Shown one piece after another: positions 17,901-27,206 of a DNA stretch of 64,000 nucleotides. The translations under genes and the position numbers were made by a program. The DNA is from a virus (taxonomy: Duplodnaviria; Caudoviricetes): positions 96,001-160,000 of the IMG/VR virus record IMGVR_UViG_3300029288_000056. One strand, written 5' to 3'. Each line of letters opens with the position of its first letter. Position 1 is the first letter of the stretch. The notes beneath the pieces are model-generated. The model was not told the DNA's origin. It made no database searches and saw nothing but the letters and a program-made list of their open reading frames with translations.

Positions 17901-18226
17901 TACTCTACCTTCAGTTTGCCAATCTCATTTTCTAAGTGTTGAACACTAAACTCATATTCTACCCTCTCAGTTTCGATATCAGTTTGTAACTTACCGATGA
18001 GTTCTTCATAAGCAATATCGATGGCCTCGTCAAAACTGAGCGCCTTAACTTGTATTACCTCACCGTCGTCAATCTGAGACCAAAGATGCTCGCGGTACCC
18101 AGATATGTGTTTTCCTACATACACACAAACACTATCTATATCGAACCTTCCCAACACCGGTTTAGTGGAGTCCGGATTCGCCTTAACTTGGTAACCAGCC
18201 TTTAAAAGGATGTCGATCTTCTTCAT
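17900..18226 (-). CDS. Hypothetical protein
   Basis: Coupled ORF. Confidence 0.7.
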   Translation of the reverse strand: MKKIDILLKAGYQVKANPDSTKPVLGRFDIDSVCVYVGKHISGYREHLWSQIDDGEVIQVKALSFDEAIDIAYEELIGKLQTDIETERVEYEFSVQHLENEIGKLKVE

Positions 18227-18486
18227 TTACTTTCCTTATACTTAACAATTTTTTGATATCCTAGTCCCAAGTACGCATACTCATCCCAAATGCCTGTTGC
18301 GGGATCGAACGGGCCGTCGGGATCATTGCCGGGTCCATTGTCCAGCCAAACACCTTTTTTATCTACTTTTAAGATGTTTTTCTCTGCATAAGTTTTTATC
18401 CCAAAGGCGTCATATATCAGAGTTATAGTCTCTCCTGCCGACCAATCCGTCACAGAAGCGGTTGATTCTTTTTTCTTCTTACTCAT
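18223..18486 (-). CDS. Hypothetical protein
   Basis: Coupled ORF. Confidence 0.7.
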   Translation of the reverse strand: MSKKKKESTASVTDWSAGETITLIYDAFGIKTYAEKNILKVDKKGVWLDNGPGNDPDGPFDPATGIWDEYAYLGLGYQKIVKYKESK

Positions 18487-18731
18487 AATTCCACAGCCTC
18501 CATTCTGAATGAAAGATCGAGTAGTAAATTGCGCCTTGCGTATGCCATCAACCCGCTAAAGGCATCATCCCATGTTTTATAGCAATCATCACTATGGCGC
18601 AAATCATTGGTATAAAACCAATAGGTTCTTTCGTAGGGGTCAAGATGTGATTCGCAAGATACGATGTAACTCCCCTTGTCGGCTAACGCCTTAATAAGCT
18701 CTACTGTCTGATCTGCTGTTATCTTCATCAT
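18483..18731 (-). CDS. Hypothetical protein
   Basis: Coupled ORF, GGAGG RBS. Confidence 0.7.
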   Translation of the reverse strand: MMKITADQTVELIKALADKGSYIVSCESHLDPYERTYWFYTNDLRHSDDCYKTWDDAFSGLMAYARRNLLLDLSFRMEAVEL

Positions 18732-19018
18732 TCCTCCCCTTGTTCCTGTGTCAGTTCGGATCGGCGGGCTGCTAGGTCAATAGCCATGATAGTTTTGAAC
18801 TCATACCCGCCACGAATAAGAACTCTATCGCCAGCATGAACTAATTCTTGAATATGGTCATACTGCCAACCCTTCCAAATCACTCCATCATCAGCAATAA
18901 TCGTCCAACTAGAATAATCATCGCTATAAATCACTATGCTGTTCACAGTTACCCATTGCTCGGGGACAGGTTGCCCACACCCCACTATCAGCACCGCAGC
19001 CAGCAAGAGTCGGGTCAT
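18728..19018 (-). CDS. Putative lipoprotein
   Basis: MTRLLLAAVLIVGC signal peptide/lipobox. Confidence 0.6.
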   Translation of the reverse strand: MTRLLLAAVLIVGCGQPVPEQWVTVNSIVIYSDDYSSWTIIADDGVIWKGWQYDHIQELVHAGDRVLIRGGYEFKTIMAIDLAARRSELTQEQGEE

Positions 19019-19317
19019 GGCGTGACCTCGTCATCATCGGGTATATCCTGCCCAGCAGGTAAATAGGTTTGCATGACATTGATGGCGGCTGTCGTTGCCT
19101 TTGGTAATGGGCAAGTGTTAAAAGCCATCGGAATTGCAATTTCTCCTTTTTGTTCCGGGTTGACACAAACGGCACTAGCCATTTCTGGCTTGCAGCAATG
19201 CGGACACTTGCCATTGCACTCATAGAAAATCATTACTACTAGCCTTGCGTTGGCATAGTGATAATGCCGTGCTTTCTTTACTGCTTCGTTTAATGCGTCC
19301 ACCTTACTCCTCCTCAA
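19015..19317 (-). CDS. Cys-rich hypothetical protein
   Basis: Coupled ORF. Confidence 0.6.
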   Translation of the reverse strand: MRRSKVDALNEAVKKARHYHYANARLVVMIFYECNGKCPHCCKPEMASAVCVNPEQKGEIAIPMAFNTCPLPKATTAAINVMQTYLPAGQDIPDDDEVTP

Positions 19318-19639
19318 GTGTGAATTCGTTCAGTTTGCCCGATCCGAGACAGCGCGGGCAGGGAACAATCTTATCGTATTTAAGTTGCCCTCTATCTGTC
19401 CATCGTCCTGTTTTGATTTCACCTTTGCCATGACAGTCCAGGCAATCCACCTTGCGAATAGCCGTCAGGGGGATGGCGAGATATTCGGTGGCGGGAAGGC
19501 AGGCGGCTAATGTCCCGTTACTACCTATAAGGCAATCAGGCGGGCTGCCTTTTCTTTTACTGCGGTCGCCACATTCCTCTGCGGGTTTTTCCATCCAGTG
19601 ATTGAATCTGAAACATCTCCACAACCTAACTGCCATCAC
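19304..19639 (-). CDS. DnaJ-type zinc-finger protein (MAVRLW family, copy 1)
   Basis: CLDCHGKG...CPRCLGSG. Confidence 0.7.
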   Translation of the reverse strand: MMAVRLWRCFRFNHWMEKPAEECGDRSKRKGSPPDCLIGSNGTLAACLPATEYLAIPLTAIRKVDCLDCHGKGEIKTGRWTDRGQLKYDKIVPCPRCLGSGKLNEFTLEEE

Positions 19640-20019
19640 TCACCATCCTTGCCCGTCAAGAGGGCGGCGAGCTTGTCCAGGATAAAGCCGAGTTGGTGAT
19701 AATGGGCAGCTTGCATACCACTAGCGTCACAATTAAATGGTGTCCCCTTGCGAATATCAACCACAGCATCTATGGCTTTCGTTATCCCCTGCTCCAACTC
19801 CTTGACCCTTTGCTCCAGCTTCTCCTTGTCCACCCGGGCGGCTTGGGCGGCGCGGAGGGCGTTGTCAACCCTATTCCTAACAACCATGATGGCGGCTATT
19901 GGAATCAATCCAGTTGTATGCTCTAGCCATTCATCAATCTTTGCCAATGACTGCTGCAAATAAGCCCGTTCCAACTCACTCTCCCCTTGTGCTACCCGCG
20001 ATTCGTAGGTGTCAGGCAT
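19636..20019 (-). CDS. Coiled-coil hypothetical protein
   Basis: Shares a 70-bp block with 20512..21219. Confidence 0.7.
   Translation of the reverse strand: MPDTYESRVAQGESELERAYLQQSLAKIDEWLEHTTGLIPIAAIMVVRNRVDNALRAAQAARVDKEKLEQRVKELEQGITKAIDAVVDIRKGTPFNCDASGMQAAHYHQLGFILDKLAALLTGKDGE
19792..19861. repeat. 70-bp direct repeat, copy 1
   Basis: Identical to 20791..20860 except one base. Confidence 0.9.
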
Positions 20020-20021
20020 GG

Positions 20022-20213
20022 CTACCTCACCATCCCTTTGAACCCACCCGAATTATCAAATGCAATAACACAGGTTCTGAATATGTCCATTGCCGAATAA
20101 AGTAACTCCATAGCGTTCTTGAAGGTATCTGCCCCCTGCAATATGCTATCGCAAGCCTTATTCAGCACATCTTGTTGATATGGTGTTTGTTCCATAATCT
20201 CTCCCTTTCCCAA
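20022..20213 (-). CDS. Hypothetical protein
   Basis: GGAG RBS before MEQTPY. Confidence 0.6.
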   Translation of the reverse strand: MGKGEIMEQTPYQQDVLNKACDSILQGADTFKNAMELLYSAMDIFRTCVIAFDNSGGFKGMVR

Positions 20214-20234
20214 AGGCGGGGGTTAGCCCCGCTT
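20212..20234 (-). terminator. GC-rich hairpin, possible weak terminator
   Basis: AAGCGGGG-CTAAC-CCCCGCCTTT in an intergenic position. Confidence 0.4.
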
Positions 20235-20288
20235 GATTTTACCAACCATCAAACTCTGGTTTATTGTCAAATTCAGATTGCGTCATCT

Positions 20289-20522
20289 CTACTTGGTTGA
20301 CAATATAGCCTTTGCCCAAATATCCATTCGTGTCATCGGCTTCTCTATTGCAATCTCACCCTTCCCCCCGCACTCCGGGCACTCCACCTTGCGAATAGCG
20401 GAGAGGGGGATGAATATGCCCTCGGTGAGCGTATGCTTCATAATACCTCTTGGGTTAGGCTTGTTACGGCGAAACATAATATCGCCATCCGCGTATGTCA
20501 TCTTCCACAACCTAACTGCCAT
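20289..20522 (-). CDS. Zinc-finger protein (MAVRLW family, copy 2)
   Basis: Start moved to ATG at 20522 (GGAG RBS); IPLSAIRKVECPECGGKGEI. Confidence 0.65.
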   Translation of the reverse strand: MAVRLWKMTYADGDIMFRRNKPNPRGIMKHTLTEGIFIPLSAIRKVECPECGGKGEIAIEKPMTRMDIWAKAILSTK

Positions 20523-21219
20523 TGGATTCTCCTTTGGGGGTGATGAGATGGTCAAGGTGGATAGCAAGGGCAATGGCACTTGATACATTTTCTTCCATTT
20601 CCCTTAATCCCTGCGCGAAAACAATCCGCATTGCTTCTTCCTGATGTTGCTTTTCAAGATAATCTCGCACTCCCTCAATATACTTTATTGCCTCGTTATA
20701 CCGCTTTTCCCATAGGTCAACCTCGCCTTGCTTGGCTTGGAATTGACGGTGCATACTTAACGGCTCAAACTCCAATTCATGCACTCGTGCCTCCAACTCC
20801 TTGACCCTTTGCTCCAGCTTCTCCTTGTCCACCTGGGCGGCTTGGGCGGCGCGGAGGGCGGCGAAGGCAAGTTTAACCTCGGCGGATAAACCAGCTACTA
20901 GCCCGCAAACATTCTCACAATTCTTTGCTACCCAATGCGGACAAGCCTCACAATCCGCCTTATTGTAGATGGCTATTTTCTCCAGCGCCTCCCTTATCCT
21001 CTCCTGCGGGTTATCCATGAATGACTGCCAGGTGAGGAGAGTGGGGAGGAGTTTATCAATGCAATCCGATTCTATTGTCTTTATAGCGTCAGACTGCTCT
21101 TGACGAAGCCTTGAATCTGGGCTTTTGCCGTAACATTCAGCCGCTATTTTCGCGCACTCTTGTCGGCGTGCTATGACTACTATCAGCTCCGCCAAATCTG
21201 CTGCTGTGCTAGGTAACAT
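20512..21219 (-). CDS. Coiled-coil/Cys-containing hypothetical protein
   Basis: GAGG RBS; contains the repeat block. Confidence 0.7.
   Translation of the reverse strand: MLPSTAADLAELIVVIARRQECAKIAAECYGKSPDSRLRQEQSDAIKTIESDCIDKLLPTLLTWQSFMDNPQERIREALEKIAIYNKADCEACPHWVAKNCENVCGLVAGLSAEVKLAFAALRAAQAAQVDKEKLEQRVKELEARVHELEFEPLSMHRQFQAKQGEVDLWEKRYNEAIKYIEGVRDYLEKQHQEEAMRIVFAQGLREMEENVSSAIALAIHLDHLITPKGESNGS
20791..20860. repeat. 70-bp direct repeat, copy 2
   Basis: See 19792..19861. Confidence 0.9.
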
Positions 21220-21446
21220 TAGTCCACCTCAATTCCGAGTGCGGTTAGGGAAGCGAGGAGCCAATTCGCAAGGTCTTTAGTTTCTATCCTTGCCGATTCT
21301 GGGCAGCATGGACTACATGCAGTTATAAGGGGTGATGACATGTGGCATTCCACCTTATCAGGGCAATCGTGACAAGAACCAATCCCCTTATGCTTCTTCT
21401 TCCATTCCTTCAACTTCTCTACAACCTGTTCCCGTAGTGTTGTCAT
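21219..21446 (-). CDS. Cys-rich hypothetical protein
   Basis: Coupled ORF. Confidence 0.65.
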   Translation of the reverse strand: MTTLREQVVEKLKEWKKKHKGIGSCHDCPDKVECHMSSPLITACSPCCPESARIETKDLANWLLASLTALGIEVD

Positions 21447-21448
21447 GG

Positions 21449-21832
21449 CTAACCTATCCTTTGGGGTTTGGGTTGCCAGTGCTTCGGCACTTTACCAGTT
21501 AAATCATAATCACCTGGTTGTATTCCAAAGTGATACATGTGCCATGCGTAAATTGGGGAAGGATTGCTTTTCCCATCTCCAGCAGCGCAACTACCGTAAG
21601 TATCCCCACTATTATCAATCTGCTCTTGGGTCGGAATAACAACACAAGCAGCATAGGGATTGAGTCGTTTAAACTCTTTCAGCACCGCCATCGTCAATTC
21701 GTTTATCTCTTCCATCTCATTCATCCTTTGATAGTGGCTTCGGTTGAGGACGCACAGGATTATGCTTGTCACAACATCCCTCATATCCATCACGATATTT
21801 GCCACAATAGTTTTCACCATAATCACCTTCAA
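21449..21832 (-). CDS. Hypothetical protein
   Basis: Start uncertain (possibly MNEMEE). Confidence 0.55.
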   Translation of the reverse strand: MKVIMVKTIVANIVMDMRDVVTSIILCVLNRSHYQRMNEMEEINELTMAVLKEFKRLNPYAACVVIPTQEQIDNSGDTYGSCAAGDGKSNPSPIYAWHMYHFGIQPGDYDLTGKVPKHWQPKPQRIG

Positions 21833-21897
21833 GGCGGCAATTACAATTATTGTTATAGCAAGGTCTAACCCTCATCACTCCATCCTTTTATTGGGTT

Positions 21898-22104
21898 CTA
21901 ACGATTTCCGTCTTGATACCCGGCCGCGTAAGACTTAAAGATCAGTTGATACGTTTGCTCGTCTGGTTTGGAGTTACTAATACAACGCTCTGGGTTGAAG
22001 TCTTGATGCGCTTTGCCGTCTTTGTAACCACAGTCATAGTACCAGTCGTGCGCAGTTGCACAACTTAACATCAGAACTGCGATAATAATAAGAAATATTT
22101 TCAT
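21898..22104 (-). CDS. Putative lipoprotein
   Basis: MKIFLIIIAVLMLSC lipobox. Confidence 0.6.
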   Translation of the reverse strand: MKIFLIIIAVLMLSCATAHDWYYDCGYKDGKAHQDFNPERCISNSKPDEQTYQLIFKSYAAGYQDGNR

Positions 22105-22105
22105 G

Positions 22106-22684
22106 TTATCCTTCTTCTAGGTATTCTCCGCCTATTATATTCAATAGTGTCTCTAGTGCACATGCACCCTCGGAGTGATTATCATTCTTTAGGTAGTTTA
22201 TAATCATCTTAATCTTATTTACCGTAAGGTCCTCTGGCAAAGACGGTCGCCGCTTAGCTGCGGCTTCTGCGCTCTCTCGGATTGCGTAGTACGTATCACC
22301 GGAAGTGGGGCAGTTGTCGCATTTCCAAGCCCACTTAGTCTTGCTACCGGTGCCCACCGAGTAGATCCTTATTGCCGGTTCACCACAATGAACGCATACT
22401 ATCGGTATCTCGTCATTATAAGCATAACACTTTAATCCCCATCCACCAATTGTGGCTGTACATTCGTGACCGTTAACGTTTGTTTGACTACAATCCCCAA
22501 TATGTGGGCACTCATCGTTAATACATCTTCTTGCCATAGTACGCTCCTTTTCTTTTATCCATTTTATATACTGCGGGCAGTTTTCTGGAACACCGATACA
22601 ATCTGCGTATTTAGGATCTAATCCAACATCTGTAAATAGTTTATTATGCCAACAATCCGGTCTGTCTCTAAATGGGCATAACAT
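22106..22684 (-). CDS. Cys-rich protein with Lar-like zinc ribbon
   Basis: CVHCG...CDNC; many cysteines. Confidence 0.6.
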   Translation of the reverse strand: MLCPFRDRPDCWHNKLFTDVGLDPKYADCIGVPENCPQYIKWIKEKERTMARRCINDECPHIGDCSQTNVNGHECTATIGGWGLKCYAYNDEIPIVCVHCGEPAIRIYSVGTGSKTKWAWKCDNCPTSGDTYYAIRESAEAAAKRRPSLPEDLTVNKIKMIINYLKNDNHSEGACALETLLNIIGGEYLEEG

Positions 22685-23221
22685 CTATATCTCCTTCATA
22701 ATAGAGCTGTAACCTTTACAGCCATCCTTTTCTTGAACACAATGTCCCGGTGCTGCATACATTCCACTCCAACCTTCACATTCCTCAGTAGCGCAAGGTG
22801 CACCGGGTCTGTATTTTTCTTTTTGGTATAAGACCCACATCAAGTCGTTATAGTTCCCATCGTCAAACAGTCTTTGCTCAATAGACTCACTTTCGAGACT
22901 GTCGCAGAAGGCGTAGTTACATATTGCCATTATCCCTTTGAGCTTAAAGATCAGCGCAATTTGAAATGGTGTCAGGTCGGCAAAGGCGCCCATAATATCA
23001 AAGTTAGCAAGGGCGTTTTCGTTCCCGGCATAGTCCTTACCCTTAGTCTGCATAAGCTCTTGTCGCTCTTTGGTGAAGGCTTCGGCCATACTTAGGTACA
23101 GTTCGAACCGCTCCTTAGTAAGGCCGATCATTTCCGCCAAACTGTCGATCATAGACTGCAAATGTTGGTGCCGCTTTTCGGTAAAGTCGGCACACTTCTC
23201 GTTAAGTTGTTTGCGATTCAT
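22685..23221 (-). CDS. Nucleotide-modification-associated (DUF1599/Nmad1-like) protein
   Basis: KGKDYAG..ALANF...K......D..NY helical NTP-PPase-like motif. Confidence 0.6.
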   Translation of the reverse strand: MNRKQLNEKCADFTEKRHQHLQSMIDSLAEMIGLTKERFELYLSMAEAFTKERQELMQTKGKDYAGNENALANFDIMGAFADLTPFQIALIFKLKGIMAICNYAFCDSLESESIEQRLFDDGNYNDLMWVLYQKEKYRPGAPCATEECEGWSGMYAAPGHCVQEKDGCKGYSSIMKEI

Positions 23222-23322
23222 TGATCTTTAATATCTCCTTGAGTCTGTTTATTTTCTCAACATATGGTTTTATAAAATATTCTTCCGATTTTATTCTTTC
23301 TTTAATTTGCGTCAAAATTTTT

Positions 23323-23520
23323 TCATTCCGGCCTATGTTCGTTTAGTCTACAATCCCAATGAATCTCTGTAAGCGGGTTTGGGAGATCCGCGCCCATATC
23401 ACTGCAATAATGATGTCCCGGTATACAAATCAAGTCTTCTTCTGTGCCAAGTTCTAGTTCTTTCCAACGGATGTACTTGCACTGAATACAAAAGACTACA
23501 GGGTGTCCGTCAAACTTCAT
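23323..23520 (-). CDS. Small Cys-rich protein
   Basis: Coupled ORF. Confidence 0.6.
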   Translation of the reverse strand: MKFDGHPVVFCIQCKYIRWKELELGTEEDLICIPGHHYCSDMGADLPNPLTEIHWDCRLNEHRPE

Positions 23521-23725
23521 TTTTTGGCCTAAGAATGAGTTTAATTGGTATTTTCCCTTCGCCCTCTTTTTTACGTAACTGCTTAGATCGTTCTTCTTCC
23601 CAATACTTTACTCGCTCAGCAGCCCACTTAAACTTCTCTTCGGTTTCAGGGCGGACTCTCTTGACTGAATAGCGGTTTGTGATCCAACCGGTAAAATCGT
23701 TCCACAGCTCACTTATGAAGTTCAT
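23510..23725 (-). CDS. Hypothetical protein
   Basis: GGGAG RBS. Confidence 0.6.
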   Translation of the reverse strand: MNFISELWNDFTGWITNRYSVKRVRPETEEKFKWAAERVKYWEEERSKQLRKKEGEGKIPIKLILRPKNEV

Positions 23726-23894
23726 ATTTCTCCCTCAAGTTTTTATTAAACGAAGGTCGGTAGTCTACACCTACCGGAACTTTGTCGCTCATACACCAAA
23801 AACCGCACTCACAATCCATTTCCGCGTAGACCTCAAAGACGGTGTCTTTGTACACTACGACGTCGTTGTCTCTACCGCAGGCTGGGCAGATCAT
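23709..23894 (-). CDS. Zinc-ribbon protein
   Basis: CPACG...CECG. Confidence 0.65.
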   Translation of the reverse strand: MICPACGRDNDVVVYKDTVFEVYAEMDCECGFWCMSDKVPVGVDYRPSFNKNLREKYELHK

Positions 23895-24030
23895 TTAAAC
23901 ACCAATACACAGAGGCCTGCGACGATAAGTCCTGCAATAAACCCATAAAACAAAATCCACCTTACAAAACTCCAGAATGATTTCCCCACGATGTTAACTA
24001 GAGTAAAAGATGGTGGACATGGAAGCTGAT

Positions 24031-24381
24031 TCATTGTGAGTCCTCCGGCAGTAGACTAACCATATGTTTCTTGGCCTCTTGGATAGCCGCTTTTATTTTG
24101 ATCTGTTCCATTTCCTTCTCCGAGATCTTTGGTGATTTCTTCGGTGGCTTATATATCTCAGATTGACTGTAGTCGAAGTCCGACTCATAAGTATGTATTA
24201 TCTCTACTTCACACTTCTTGCATTTCATTATCACAGAGATGTAGGCGGAAAGACTGTATTCGTCAATTTCATGGTCTCTATTTTTCTCACTCAGTTCGCC
24301 GCCGCAGATGGGGCAGTTTTTTGCCCTATCCGACATTTTTATGTAGTCGCCTTCGTTATAGTCGCCTTCACGATATTCCAT
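24031..24381 (-). CDS. Zinc-ribbon protein
   Basis: CPICGG...CKKC. Confidence 0.65.
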   Translation of the reverse strand: MEYREGDYNEGDYIKMSDRAKNCPICGGELSEKNRDHEIDEYSLSAYISVIMKCKKCEVEIIHTYESDFDYSQSEIYKPPKKSPKISEKEMEQIKIKAAIQEAKKHMVSLLPEDSQ

Positions 24382-24649
24382 TTTGGAACCTTACCATTGG
24401 AGGAACCCAACCCGGAGGAGGTGGAAATCTAGTCTCTTTACCATCCTCAACAACGATGGTGGAACCGTCGCCACAACCGATGTACGAGATAGAGTGCCTT
24501 ACATCACTGAATGGATCTTTCTCGGGCAGAGGCTTTTCGTCCGGTTCTACCCAGCAATAACAGAGATTTGGCTGCGTCTCGGCTGTACATTTTTCATCAA
24601 CTAGAAGCTCACAGCCTTTACATGCGTCACATACCTTGGGTCGTTTCAT
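24368..24649 (-). CDS. Cys/Pro-rich hypothetical protein
   Basis: AGGAGG RBS. Confidence 0.7.
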   Translation of the reverse strand: MKRPKVCDACKGCELLVDEKCTAETQPNLCYCWVEPDEKPLPEKDPFSDVRHSISYIGCGDGSTIVVEDGKETRFPPPPGWVPPMVRFQNGIS

Positions 24650-24662
24650 TTTATCCTCCTAT

Positions 24663-24735
24663 TTCGGCGATCAAGGAGTTGAACCGAGATTTCACGCTCA
24701 TCGGGCGTGAGTTCTACCATTGAACTAATCGCCGA
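24663..24735 (-). tRNA. tRNA-Ile(GAT), atypical (C33, imperfect T stem)
   Basis: TCGGCGA acceptor, GTTC/GAAC D stem, CACGC-CCGATGA-GCGTG anticodon arm. Confidence 0.7.
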
Positions 24736-24880
24736 TACTTACCTACCCTCTATTATACAGTTGATGTTATAGGCTATTCCCCTTACCATAAAGTACAATA
24801 AGGCTATCCCGATCGCATCAGCCACGAGATAAAAGAATAAATTCAGTATCACGTTTCCAAAGTCTATCATAATTCACCTC

Positions 24881-24910
24881 ACTCTATCACACTTTTTTGA
24901 AAAGTCAAGC
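24881..24910 (-). promoter_or_regulatory. Sigma70-type early promoter
   Basis: GCTTGACTTTT...TGA-TAGAGT; one of 8 copies. Confidence 0.7.
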
Positions 24911-24916
24911 TCTTTT

Positions 24917-24989
24917 TATGGCTAGAAGGACTTGAACCCTCACGCCCGGGTTCGTAGCCCGGTGCTCTTTCCAATTGAGCTATAGCCAC
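24917..24989 (-). tRNA. tRNA-Arg(ACG)
   Basis: Full cloverleaf, CCGGG-CTACGAA-CCCGG. Confidence 0.9.
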
Positions 24990-25000
24990 ATAAGACGGGG

Positions 25001-25198
25001 TTAGATCCCGTCAGTAATCTTAAACCATTCCACGAGATACAACTTACGACCAGTGGTGGCTCCCGCTTGATAAGACACTATACGACTAGTTTCCTCAAGC
25101 TCTATCATATCGACGATGTATCCGTTTTTCTTCAGTGCGCGCTTAAATTTCTTTGCGACATCTTCAGAATAAAAATCGGTGCGACTATACTCTAACAT
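25001..25198 (-). CDS. Small protein, one SPOR-like/VEWF module
   Basis: FYSEDVAKKFKRALKKNGY...YLVEWFKI; AGGAGG RBS. Confidence 0.65.
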   Translation of the reverse strand: MLEYSRTDFYSEDVAKKFKRALKKNGYIVDMIELEETSRIVSYQAGATTGRKLYLVEWFKITDGI

Positions 25199-25227
25199 AT
25201 TACCTCCTTAAAGTTCTCGTTCTATTT

Positions 25228-25473
25228 CTATAACTGTTTTAGTACTGCTTTCCGTTCTTCATCCTTAAAAGCCAGCCAATATACCATGAACTCAGTTGAA
25301 AATTCTTTAACATCTATCTGGTCCTCTGGAATTTTTTTTGAGATCAACCATTCTACAAATCTCTCCGCTAGTTTTTGGCTAGCGAAACGCGCACCCTCTT
25401 GCGACGGAAGTTCTACTTTATCTATATAAGTCTGTTTCTTCGGTGGTTCCTTTACTTTCCTACTACCAAACAT
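25228..25473 (-). CDS. Hypothetical protein
   Basis: Coupled ORF with RBS. Confidence 0.7.
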   Translation of the reverse strand: MFGSRKVKEPPKKQTYIDKVELPSQEGARFASQKLAERFVEWLISKKIPEDQIDVKEFSTEFMVYWLAFKDEERKAVLKQL

Positions 25474-25474
25474 A

Positions 25475-25825
25475 TTATCCCTCCTCTATTCTAATTATAC
25501 CTTCTCTTACTAGGTTATCGCAGACCCTAATACACATATCAATGTTGATGTGCAGTTTATCCATAAGCTCATCGTAATAGACTGTGTCGCGGTGGGCCAT
25601 GTAATTCGTTATAAGCTTTTTTGCTTCTACATAGGTTATACTCTCGTCTATGTAGGTGATACCGGGTGCCCTTATGATTATCACCACAAGGAAGCCTGCA
25701 ACCCAACCCAGCAACATGTCGACAATGTAGACCCACTCTCCGTGTTGAGTGAGAGTCCACAATAATCCTAGTGCAGCCAGAATACCAATGGCCGCGATTA
25801 GCGCCAGTTTAAGTATCGTGTTCAT
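25475..25825 (-). CDS. Membrane protein with C-terminal winged-HTH-like domain
   Basis: Two TM segments, then ELMDKLHI...CDNLVREGII. Confidence 0.6.
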   Translation of the reverse strand: MNTILKLALIAAIGILAALGLLWTLTQHGEWVYIVDMLLGWVAGFLVVIIIRAPGITYIDESITYVEAKKLITNYMAHRDTVYYDELMDKLHINIDMCIRVCDNLVREGIIRIEEG

Positions 25826-25859
25826 GCTCCTCCTAACAAATTAAGGTCTTTTTTGTCCC

Positions 25860-26363
25860 TTAACTATTGTAAATTGCTGGTATTTTACAGTTTTCCAGCG
25901 CCCAATGCACCCAGAAATCCAACCAAATCAGCCGCGCGAGAACTCCGTCTAGGTCTTCATGAGGAAGACCATCACCCTTAATCGGTTTAGCACATTCGTC
26001 ACAATCACACCAGCCCGGTTTTGCGTCAGGATGATTCACTTTGTAGAAGTTCAGCGCTCTCCGTATCTTATTGGCGTGTTTCTTTGTTAAGAGGAAGCAC
26101 CCCGGATGCTGTGACATTATTCCCGTGTCCTTCTTGAAAAACAGATCGTGGAGAGTCATTGCCCTGACGGCTTCGTCCCACTGTAGATAGCCGGGATACC
26201 GACTATTACTATTTCCCGTCATCGAGTCACCGCGAAAAACGGGCGCCCCCTCTAACTCTAAGCTATGAACCGCGACCTTAAGTTCAGTGCCGTATTCATC
26301 AGCCTCTTCCTCTGCGTAGTGTTTATCTACAACAGCTTCTCCGATATGTATATTGAAGCTCAT
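25860..26363 (-). CDS. Hypothetical phage protein
   Basis: GAGG RBS; RLIWLDFWVHWALENCKIPAI C-terminus. Confidence 0.75.
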   Translation of the reverse strand: MSFNIHIGEAVVDKHYAEEEADEYGTELKVAVHSLELEGAPVFRGDSMTGNSNSRYPGYLQWDEAVRAMTLHDLFFKKDTGIMSQHPGCFLLTKKHANKIRRALNFYKVNHPDAKPGWCDCDECAKPIKGDGLPHEDLDGVLARLIWLDFWVHWALENCKIPAIYNS

Positions 26364-26391
26364 TTATCCTCCTATGGCATCAAAACAGATT

Positions 26392-26940
26392 TTATGGGCA
26401 AAGAACCAATTCGTATAATACTCTAGCTGCGTTATAGGCGTCGTCCCCGCCTCTGTGGGCCTGACCTTCGAAGTCAAGGTCGTAATAGGCCAGCGCGTCG
26501 GCCTCGGAATAAGACTCTTCCTTACCGTTGAAAAGCGAGAACAAGTACTTGATATTCAAGTGAGTCCGCCCAAACGGATACTGAACGTTTTCCCGCCTGC
26601 ACTGACGTTCGAACTGCACTCGGTCGTAATCACCGTAGCTCGCCCACGTGTAGTCCCTGTAGTTCGCCTTAATCCAATCACACAGACCGCGGAAGGTTAG
26701 GTTGCTACCATAGACTTCCTCATCCGTCAGATTGGTCAGCGACTTGCAGAAATCAGACAGTGGATAAGTGAGAGCCGGCTTTACGATTCGGCTTCCCTTT
26801 TCCTTTTCACCCGTTCTGATATCTAACAGGCAGTAGCCAAACTCGATTATCTCGCTTTGGTCGATGTTCTTTGACGGCTCCCAGCAAGTACTCTCGATAT
26901 CGACTACTAGGATCTTATTGAAGTTTTTGATTTTTCTCAT
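26392..26940 (-). CDS. DEDDh 3'-5' exonuclease (ERI-1/KapD-like)
   Basis: VVDIESTCW, WASYGDYD, HRGGDDAYN motifs. Confidence 0.9.
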   Translation of the reverse strand: MRKIKNFNKILVVDIESTCWEPSKNIDQSEIIEFGYCLLDIRTGEKEKGSRIVKPALTYPLSDFCKSLTNLTDEEVYGSNLTFRGLCDWIKANYRDYTWASYGDYDRVQFERQCRRENVQYPFGRTHLNIKYLFSLFNGKEESYSEADALAYYDLDFEGQAHRGGDDAYNAARVLYELVLCP

Positions 26941-27206
26941 GATCTCATGTCTATTGTTATGGTTTCCCTGCGAGGGCCGAAAGGTCCCTTTGGACCTCTC
27001 TTTTTTCGTGTGTAGTCATAGTTTACAAAATACATCTCAAAGTCTTTGAGTGTAATGTAGGAATAACAGGGACTAGTGTAGAATCTCTTAAGCCCATAAT
27101 TTCTTATCTTCTCGTGTACACACTGCCGAGAAAGACCCACTAAGCGCGGTATATCGGCAACCCTGACGCCCCTGATCTCCATAAAGTCTATCGTTAACTT
27201 ATTCAT
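26937..27206 (-). CDS. HTH DNA-binding protein
   Basis: Start moved to ATG at 27206 (GGGAGG RBS); VADIPRLVGLSRQCV. Confidence 0.65.
   Translation of the reverse strand: MNKLTIDFMEIRGVRVADIPRLVGLSRQCVHEKIRNYGLKRFYTSPCYSYITLKDFEMYFVNYDYTRKKRGPKGPFGPRRETITIDMRS

Noticed and set aside
26937-27206. MNKLTIDF N-terminus resembling the cargo tag
   Set aside because: Spacing differs, there is no L-x-A ending, and it is an HTH protein in the early region; probably coincidence.
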